Assembly: GCA_041739675.1 (NCBI GenBank)
Contig: JBGSNL010000010.1
Location: 1-16,865, forward strand
Source of the DNA: a bacterium
GTDB lineage: Bacteria; UBA10199; 2-02-FULL-44-16; DYJF01
Direction: 5' to 3'
DNA length: 16,865 nucleotides
Shown here: piece by piece, positions 8,584 through 15,800 of the stretch
How positions within the stretch are numbered: the stretch's first letter is position 1
Layout of the letters: every line of letters starts with the position of its first letter
Notes under the pieces: generated by a model
Database searches by the model: none
What the model saw: only the letters and a program-made list of their open reading frames with translations
What the model was told of the DNA's origin: nothing
Program-made: the position numbers and the translations under genes

Positions 8584-8955
8584 CTACTTGCCTAGTTCCT
8601 TTTCGACGCTGCCCGAAGTGAGGTCTCCGGAGGGGGCGCAGAAATAGCTCACGTGTTCGTCGCCAAGGCGCCATGTGAACCACCCCTCCCCGGCGTCAAA
8701 ATCCACTATCCAAAGACCCGTGGGTCTTAAACCCAGTTTTTTAAGCTTTACGGCCCAGCGTTTTATTATGAGATCAAGCTCCGTCGCCAGCCTGCCGAAA
8801 ATAGGCTCTTCGCGGGGGATGAAGCGAAGTTGCTCTTCGATTTTTTGGGCCTGTCTGGCAGCCTCCGCCGTTATCCTTTTGACGGTCGGGAGCAGGTTTT
8901 CGGCCTCCCCTTCCGTGAATTTCCTCTCGGAAAGTATCGGAATGATTTCAGCCAT
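8584..8955 (-). CDS. DUF2203-family protein (unknown function)
   Basis: 123 aa with the recalled DUF2203 pattern KFTEGEAENLLPTV...coiled segment...GLWIVDFD...WFTWRLGDEHVSYF. Family call is from memory of the motif, not from a search. Confidence 0.75.
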   Translation of the reverse strand: MAEIIPILSERKFTEGEAENLLPTVKRITAEAARQAQKIEEQLRFIPREEPIFGRLATELDLIIKRWAVKLKKLGLRPTGLWIVDFDAGEGWFTWRLGDEHVSYFCAPSGDLTSGSVEKELGK

Positions 8956-8961
8956 GTGGGC

Positions 8962-8989
8962 AATTTACCCCTTGCCTCCAAATTGTCAA
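8962..8989 (-). promoter_or_regulatory. Sigma-70-type promoter for the DUF2203-MBL-yitJ operon, probably leaderless
   Basis: Minus strand reads TTGACA (8989-8984), a 16-nt spacer, TAAATT (8967-8962), then 6 nt and the ATG at 8955. Confidence 0.65.
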
Positions 8990-9007
8990 TCTCTGACTGA
9001 AAAAAAG

Positions 9008-9036
9008 ACGCAACTTTTTATTGGAGGGACCGAAAA
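9008..9036 (+). promoter_or_regulatory. Conserved upstream motif copy 1, sigma-28 (FliA/SigD)-like promoter geometry
   Basis: ACGCAACTTTTTATTGGAGGGACCGAAAA = GCAACTTT-N11-ACCGAAAA, versus the sigma-28 consensus TAAAGTTT-N11-GCCGATAA. 22/29 identical, ungapped, to 12795-12823. Confidence 0.55.
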
Positions 9037-9106
9037 AGGGGCAGAAGGCGTACAGATTAACGTTGCGCGAGCAGTCCTAACCGGTATAGTTGATATTGAG
9101 GTCAAA

Positions 9107-10945
9107 ATGGCGCCTGAAAAACGTGACCTGGCAGTTCATGAAGCCTTTGATCGCGTCCGCGACTTCCTGACTTATCTTCACACTCCTTTCTCTTTTGCCG
9201 CCCTGAACGAAGTCGAAGAAGCGATGGCGAATAACGAGCCTCTAAGCGAGCATGAAGAGGACACTTGGCGAACCGTCATACGAACAATAAATGCCGCACA
9301 GGAAGGCGACAACTTCGAAGTGCAAAACCGCGCGGCACATCTGCGCGATGAATTTCTTGAACTTATAGGTCCTTTCACCTCCACAGTTCCGTCGATGCTC
9401 AGGTGGTATCAGGACGATTCATCCGTCCACAGGATCGCGCTCATCGCCGTTGACGTGAGAGGCAAGGCGATGGCTGCGGTGCGCCCGATCAATGTTACAA
9501 GCGCTGCCGCCCACGTTGACATGGGAAACGTCAGCGCGCTGGGAGGCGGCGAAGGAACGGCAACTATTCAGCAGAGAGATTTTGCCTGGACCGTGTTCCG
9601 CGATTCCGGCTCCAAGATTAACGCCATGGATATTTTCGAAAATACCCCCCCCATCGCTCTTACTATTCCGCCGGAATACCGGTACGATGAGCGATTCGGA
9701 TTGGATTCCTCTGCGGACACTGCGCTTATTCTGCGTTCTGCGCTGGAGGAGTTGAAGCTCATCGGTACAAAGGCCGTCCTCTCGCAGGATGTTCACCTGT
9801 TCGATATCCCTCAGGCAAGCACTCCGTCCGAAACGTCATTTTTTGGATTCGGCGCCAGAAGACTTCCCCCGGAGGAATGGATTGAGCTCATGGACGTGCC
9901 ACCATCGTTTAAGATGAAAGGTATTTTAAACGAAGAGATAACGCCGGAGATCGCCCGAACAGCCCTCAGAAATCTCGAACGTATCTACTACACCCTCAAA
10001 GAGGCGGGGATTGCCATGACGTCGTGGAACGAGGTCGTCATAAACCGCCGCACGGGTGAAGTCTTTCTTTCAGACGGGGACCTTCCTGTGCTGGTCAACA
10101 CCGACCTTCTTGAAAAGGCTTTGGCGAACCCTGAGGCTTTTTTGAGATCGGTTTACGAAAGAGATTCCTGGCCGCACTTTCCGAACCTTGTCGTTGTGGG
10201 AAGGTTTCGCAATCTCATAAAAGGGGACGCGCAGTTAGCAACGATAGTCCAGCTACTGGCCGACAAGGGCGGAGTCGAGTTGGGCACCGATATTGAAGGC
10301 CACGTTCAGAGGATCGTCGACAATTTCAGGCTTCTGGCCGAGTTCAAAGACGATCCGGTCCTCCGCGAAAGCGTCACGGACTTTCAAAAACTCAGAACGA
10401 TCCGGGTAATCGCGAAAAATTATATTGATGCTTTGGGCACAAATGGGATGCTCAACTTTTTCAGCTTTGTCATGAAAGAGATCGTGATGCGCGTGAAACA
10501 CGAAAAGTGGATCAGCGCAGCAGCCTCTCTTATCGAGGAAGCAATCATCTCCGGAGAGGCCAATGTGGATAAATTCTGGGCGAAAAACAGAGAGCGCATA
10601 ATGACGATGAACGAAGAGGGGAAAATCGAAAACGGCGGCGGAAGCAGCCCTTCGAACCCGCCGCCTGACGGTATTATAAATCCTGACGTGGGCGTGAACA
10701 GCCCGCCGAAGGCCGGCCAGGCGAAGGGGTCCACGGTCACGGGAACTTTTGAAACCAATGAAGTGTCGGGGGGCGGGACCATGCGCTTCCCGGGTGCGCT
10801 TTCCACAACACACATGCGTGTGGCGGCACATCAGCAGACTGACGTAGCCGGCCGCCGCATCCCCTACCATCACAATCTCGCCGTCTGGAGTGCGATGAGG
10901 GTCTTCGCGCCCGCTGTCAGGGGCACCATCCCCATACTGAACTGA
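9107..10945 (+). CDS. Hypothetical 612-aa protein, paralog of 10965-12764; possible degenerate kinase-like fold; Gly/Pro linker and basic C-terminal tail
   Basis: Long open frame. Start reassigned to ATG 9107 (MAPEKRD, GAGG 5 nt upstream) because the track's 8675 start overlaps two minus-strand genes and the paralog alignment begins near this Met. Confidence 0.85.
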   Translation: MAPEKRDLAVHEAFDRVRDFLTYLHTPFSFAALNEVEEAMANNEPLSEHEEDTWRTVIRTINAAQEGDNFEVQNRAAHLRDEFLELIGPFTSTVPSMLRWYQDDSSVHRIALIAVDVRGKAMAAVRPINVTSAAAHVDMGNVSALGGGEGTATIQQRDFAWTVFRDSGSKINAMDIFENTPPIALTIPPEYRYDERFGLDSSADTALILRSALEELKLIGTKAVLSQDVHLFDIPQASTPSETSFFGFGARRLPPEEWIELMDVPPSFKMKGILNEEITPEIARTALRNLERIYYTLKEAGIAMTSWNEVVINRRTGEVFLSDGDLPVLVNTDLLEKALANPEAFLRSVYERDSWPHFPNLVVVGRFRNLIKGDAQLATIVQLLADKGGVELGTDIEGHVQRIVDNFRLLAEFKDDPVLRESVTDFQKLRTIRVIAKNYIDALGTNGMLNFFSFVMKEIVMRVKHEKWISAAASLIEEAIISGEANVDKFWAKNRERIMTMNEEGKIENGGGSSPSNPPPDGIINPDVGVNSPPKAGQAKGSTVTGTFETNEVSGGGTMRFPGALSTTHMRVAAHQQTDVAGRRIPYHHNLAVWSAMRVFAPAVRGTIPILN

Positions 10946-10964
10946 AGAAAGAAAATATTAAAAT

Positions 10965-12764
10965 ATGAGTCCGCAATTTACCGATCCGATAAATACTTTG
11001 TTTGGTTATGTGCGCCTGCTGGGTGCCTCAAACGGCATAATATTTCTCTACGTAGACGATCTGGAAGAAAAGCTCCGCAGCGGAGAACCCTTCGATGCAA
11101 ATGAAGCCCAGACGTGGGGGGATATCTCAAGGATCGTGGGTCAACTGGACAATGAGACGGCAAAAAAAGCGCTGGACGAGTTGAACAGGCGATACAGCGC
11201 CACCGTGGCGTCCCAGGCCCGCGTGACATACCATCCTTTTTTCCAAAGCGGGCCGCGCGTGGAACATCTGAAACTCACCGCCATGGATATTTCCGGAGAG
11301 GCAACTACGCAGCAAAACCCGCTTGTATTCGTATCTCAACAACCAGTCGCTCTCGATTTCGACCAACTCTCCGATATAGCATGGAGCGCTCCGTTCCTGA
11401 CTTTTTCGCTGGATGAAAGATACTGGACCGTTCTTCTTACGGGCGAAAAGCTCCTTGCCGATGTAACAGATACATACATCTTTGACGCGGCACTTCTGAC
11501 CCGCATCTACCTGGGAGATAAGGGATATTTTCTGGGGAGAAGAAGTTTAATATTCTATGATGACATTCACTTCTTGAAAACGGACCAGCTTCCGGTATCT
11601 CCCGCGGCGAAACTCATCGGATTCAGTAGCCAGGCTCCAAATAGCGAAGGGTTGCTGCCCTTTTTCGTGAAAACGGGAGAGACCCCCGACGGGGAAATAG
11701 ATCTCGGTCCGAATCCCGCCATCACAAGGGAAAATGCCCAGAAGCTCCGCGAGAATTTTGTGAAACTGGGTCTGATGCTGAAATCGGCCGGCATTGTCAT
11801 GGACCGGACCGACTGGCTTCAGATGCAGTTCAACCCGGAGAGCGGTAAGTTGATATTCCATGAGAATGCCAGACCCTTCGTCTTCGACGCAGACCTTTTA
11901 TCGGCAGCGCTGGACGGGAACGGCTGGGCAGATAAGCCCGACTATCTTCCCGAAGAGACCGTTTATATTCCGGACCTCCGCATTTACGCCCAACCCGACC
12001 GCATCGTCGCAATACCTCATGAGTTTTTGATGGGAATTATCGGCATGCTGGACAACATAATAGAAGATCGGCAAGGCGATCAATACCGCAAGAGCATGGA
12101 AACGATTATCGATCTCTATATCCATCATGACGAGCAGGAAAACGATCTTTATACAAAATTTATCAACACATTCAGTGGAGGGATATTCAAGATAGCTCAA
12201 TACTACTTGAACACGATCGGCGACGACGGATTGTCCGTTTTCTTGAACCAGATATTCGCGGCGGTCATCATGATGACAAAGGGCGATTATGCCAACGTCA
12301 ATATAAACACCGATGAATGGTTTGACAAGGCGAAGCGTTTTATTGACGAGGCAAAACAGGAGGGCGGAAATTTCCACAGCTACTGGTTCAGAAATTACGA
12401 CCGCCTCTGGGGTATTGCAGAGGTCGTGACATTGAAAAGACGCGGCGGCGGCCGTGGCGGCCCGGCTCCGCAAAATGCCCCCGAGAGCGGCGGTGAAATG
12501 GAAGGCGGGCTTTCAGGCGGCCCCACTGGATTGGCAAGACCTGCAGAATCGACTGTCAGCGGGCTATTAATTCCGGACGAAACGACAGGCGGGGCTTTTG
12601 CATCGAGACAGATAGTGAGAGCAGCGGAAAACACCTTTAATTATAGACACTTAAGAAGGCAAAATCCGGCTATTAACACCATAAGAAGCGGGCAAAGGGT
12701 CTACCAAAGACCTGCGCTACCTGTCGCCCTCCGCCCCGCACAAACCTTGACTTTCAGCCCGTAA
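10965..12764 (+). CDS. Hypothetical 599-aa protein, paralog of 9107-10945
   Basis: Long open frame 19 nt after the previous stop (A/T-rich spacer, no clear SD). Colinear similarity to the upstream ORF over its whole length. Confidence 0.88.
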   Translation: MSPQFTDPINTLFGYVRLLGASNGIIFLYVDDLEEKLRSGEPFDANEAQTWGDISRIVGQLDNETAKKALDELNRRYSATVASQARVTYHPFFQSGPRVEHLKLTAMDISGEATTQQNPLVFVSQQPVALDFDQLSDIAWSAPFLTFSLDERYWTVLLTGEKLLADVTDTYIFDAALLTRIYLGDKGYFLGRRSLIFYDDIHFLKTDQLPVSPAAKLIGFSSQAPNSEGLLPFFVKTGETPDGEIDLGPNPAITRENAQKLRENFVKLGLMLKSAGIVMDRTDWLQMQFNPESGKLIFHENARPFVFDADLLSAALDGNGWADKPDYLPEETVYIPDLRIYAQPDRIVAIPHEFLMGIIGMLDNIIEDRQGDQYRKSMETIIDLYIHHDEQENDLYTKFINTFSGGIFKIAQYYLNTIGDDGLSVFLNQIFAAVIMMTKGDYANVNINTDEWFDKAKRFIDEAKQEGGNFHSYWFRNYDRLWGIAEVVTLKRRGGGRGGPAPQNAPESGGEMEGGLSGGPTGLARPAESTVSGLLIPDETTGGAFASRQIVRAAENTFNYRHLRRQNPAINTIRSGQRVYQRPALPVALRPAQTLTFSP

Positions 12765-12794
12765 TACCGTTAAAAGGCGCTCCCTCAAGAAAGT

Positions 12795-12823
12795 ACGCAA
12801 CCTTTTTTTGAAATAAGCGAAAA
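12795..12823 (+). promoter_or_regulatory. Conserved upstream motif copy 2, sigma-28-like promoter geometry
   Basis: ACGCAACCTTTTTTTGAAATAAGCGAAAA = GCAACCTT-N11-AGCGAAAA, the same spacing as copy 1, ending 13 nt upstream of ATG 12837. Confidence 0.55.
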
Positions 12824-12836
12824 CTACGCAAAAACT

Positions 12837-15800
12837 ATGGCAACAGACCTTATAGCTAATTTATCGTCGGATTCACAAAGACGCCAGGACGCGGCCAGGG
12901 CGGTGGAAGAATACGTGGCCCGCACGAACCCCACGGGCAATGAACTTTCGAACCTCAGGCAAATCCGCGACGCCCTTTTGGTCGAGGGCAATTCATTTAT
13001 AGCGCTTGACGAAACCCAGACGGAGCTGCTCGGGCGAATCACAGGGGCAAGCGCGCCGTCCGCATTGGCATCCGCCGCCAGATTTTCGGATACCGCCCCG
13101 GCGCTTGATCTGTATGTGCCGTTCGTTCAAAGACGGGGCGGCGACACCCTTCGCACATTCATAGACGACAATCTCGATGCGTTAGGTCTTGGCATCGGTG
13201 TTTCTCCAGCTGAAAGACGCGAACTTGTTCAGAACTTTTTTGAAAAAACCGGCATCAGACTGGGCACCGCCAAAAGATGGGGCACGCCGCGCGAAAATAA
13301 CGAATTTGTCGAACCCGCCGATCTGGATCAGGTCCTCGCGGTTTTCACGTGGCTGGACAACCAAGCGAGAGAAAACGGCGCCAGAGTCGACATCATCGAA
13401 TATTTTGCGTCGATTTATCCGCAAATCGCATCGATGATCGAACGCTCCAGCGGAAACGAGATCGTAATCCGCGTTCCGAAGTTCATGGAGGGGATATCGT
13501 TCGACGAATACAGCTACTCAAGTTTCGCTCAGGCGGCGCAGCGCGCAAGGCTGGTCCCGGAGATGGCCGAAGCGACAAAGGGCGGCCACATAAGGGGTGA
13601 AGTGGAGCGCCCGCGCTTTGAAACGCTCGATAGATACGCAACACTGATATCGCAGAAGGCCGAAGGAGACGATGCCCATCGCCGGCAAATATTCGACTTT
13701 CTCGTGGTCTTGAGACTTCTTTCGATATTTAAAAACACGGTTCCGATCCGCGACGAAGCCGGAAGACTCCTCACCACGCCGAATCCGCTTGTGAGAACCG
13801 CATACGCAATTCGTATTGTTCCTGAAAACGAGTTGACCGATTATCTTTCGTTCGCCGGAACCGCCCGCTTCAGCACACAGAGATGGCCCTTCTCCGATAT
13901 CGCTAGCGGGCGAATGGACCGCATGTTCGACATCCTTGAAAGACGGCTCACTGCGATGAAATTGCTCTCATCTGTGATCGAAACAGATGAAGCGCAGATG
14001 CGGCAGTTCGAGCAGAGATTGGGCGAATTTACTGTCCAACATGAAATTCATAAAGCCAACATTCAGGACCGCAATGCCCCTGCTGAAGTGAGAACACTTG
14101 AATATTTGAACGAGGTAAAGGAATTTTACCGCAGGTTCAATCTCTTCTTCGGACAGAAGCTCTTCTACACACACATCCGCGGTACGGTGCAGCAGGGAAA
14201 CATAACGGCCGCCTTTGAGATAGTTCCAAAGATAAACGGCATACCCATCAACTCTTTGGCCCACGGCCGCGTGACCGTTTTCACGGACGATTTAATCGAG
14301 ACGGCCAATCGAGAGGACTGGCCGGAAGGTGAACTTGAAACTGCTTTCAAGCTTAGAGTGATCACGAACCGTATGGTTGCAAGCGGCGCCGCAGATAGAA
14401 GCATCCTGGACTCCGCGCAATCGATTTTGAGCGCGGTTACGGGGCTTAATCTTGGAATCGACGCAGGACTTCTTTCAAAAGCGGCAGATGCCCTGGTGGC
14501 GCTAAATAAAAAAACGGGCGGAGAAGATGCGGTCGAAACGTCGCTTTATTCTTTTTTGAGGCTTCGAACCACAGGCACCCAGCCTACATCCCGTTATTAT
14601 CTCTACAGCGCAATGCCATGGCAGACAAAGATGGCAGAGTATTACCAGTCGCAGGGCTATTCCCCGGATACGTTGGAGATAGACACAGCGATTGCCGAAT
14701 CCTACTTCGTTTCGGTGAGACATCCCCTGTTTGTCTACAACGAAGGAAGATTGGAATCTGAGATTTCAAAATTATACGACAACCCGCAAGATGCGTCGGC
14801 GGCGCGCGAACGCATGATCGGATTTTTCAAAGCCATCGGTGTGCGCACCGACCCGGCGGAGATCCATCCTCTGACTCCGGAAGAAACAGGGCCCGATCTC
14901 AAAGCGATCGAATGGGCGTTCCGCGATTATCTCGAACTTTTCCCCGGAGCAAGGGTGCTCGGCGCACAGATTGAAATCAACGAAGCGCTGCTCGTTGAAG
15001 TTGTCGACCGTCAGATAGCGGAGCATCCGAATGCGGGCCTCCGCCGCGGCTTCATCATGCGGGGCGTGAAAAAAGCAATTGAAGATTTCAACCGCGGCAG
15101 AACCCAGTCGCTGGGAGAGATAGCCGTGGAAAATTATCCACTTCCCACCGGCGGACTTCTCGATAAACGATTCAACGCCTTTGTAAGCAGCTGGGAAGCA
15201 AGGACAGGCGCCCAGCTTGACCGCACGGCGCTGCTCGTCACCTACAACATCCTAAAAGACAACGGGCTTTCAGCCGACGCAATTGAAGACAACTTGAGAA
15301 ATGCGGGCGTTGCCGAACTGGATTTGGACGACCATATAGAATTTATGACCGAATGGCTTCCAAGAAGCCGCGCGTACCGCAGCGCCTTTGAGCATGTTAT
15401 CACCGCCGGCGATGTCACACAATTCCTTCAAAAAAAGGAAAACGAGCAATACAATTCACCGCTTGTTTCGGCGGAAGATATTGCATCCATAGCGCTTGAA
15501 TACGTGAAGCAGCGCCTCGCATCTCCCCCGCAAATAAATGTCGACGTGGATTCGATCATCGCCTCGCAGATCGGACACAGTTTCGATCCGTACCCTTCCG
15601 TCAAGGCCCAGGCAATCCCCTTCTACCGCATGATGGTGGGTCTTTATCTGAAAGACCTATACCCGCGCGTAAAGGAGCTTCGGGAACTGGCCGTCGCTGC
15701 AATCGACGATGCAGCTGAAACTTTCGAGGGCTTCGACTACGCTGGTGCATATACTGCTCTTGAAAGGTCGGTTTTAACTACGCTCGGATTTTCAAACGCG

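Noticed and set aside
8579..8683. Longer start for the MBL-fold hydrolase
   Set aside because: It overlaps DUF2203 and gives an Arg-rich non-family sequence. Met 8578 follows the DUF2203 stop by 5 nt.
7962..9000. SAM (S-box) or other riboswitch upstream of yitJ
   Set aside because: yitJ overlaps the upstream stop codon and the operon leader appears to be absent, leaving no non-coding space.
8675..9106. N-terminal 144-aa extension of the 756-aa ORF in the track, including an apparent hydrophobic signal-like stretch
   Set aside because: It is antisense to the DUF2203 gene and spans both promoter motifs. ATG 9107 has a GAGG SD and matches where the paralog alignment begins.
12765..12810. T-run (CCTTTTTTT) after the second paralog as an intrinsic terminator
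   Set aside because: No convincing GC-rich hairpin precedes it, and the T-run is part of the repeated 29-bp motif.
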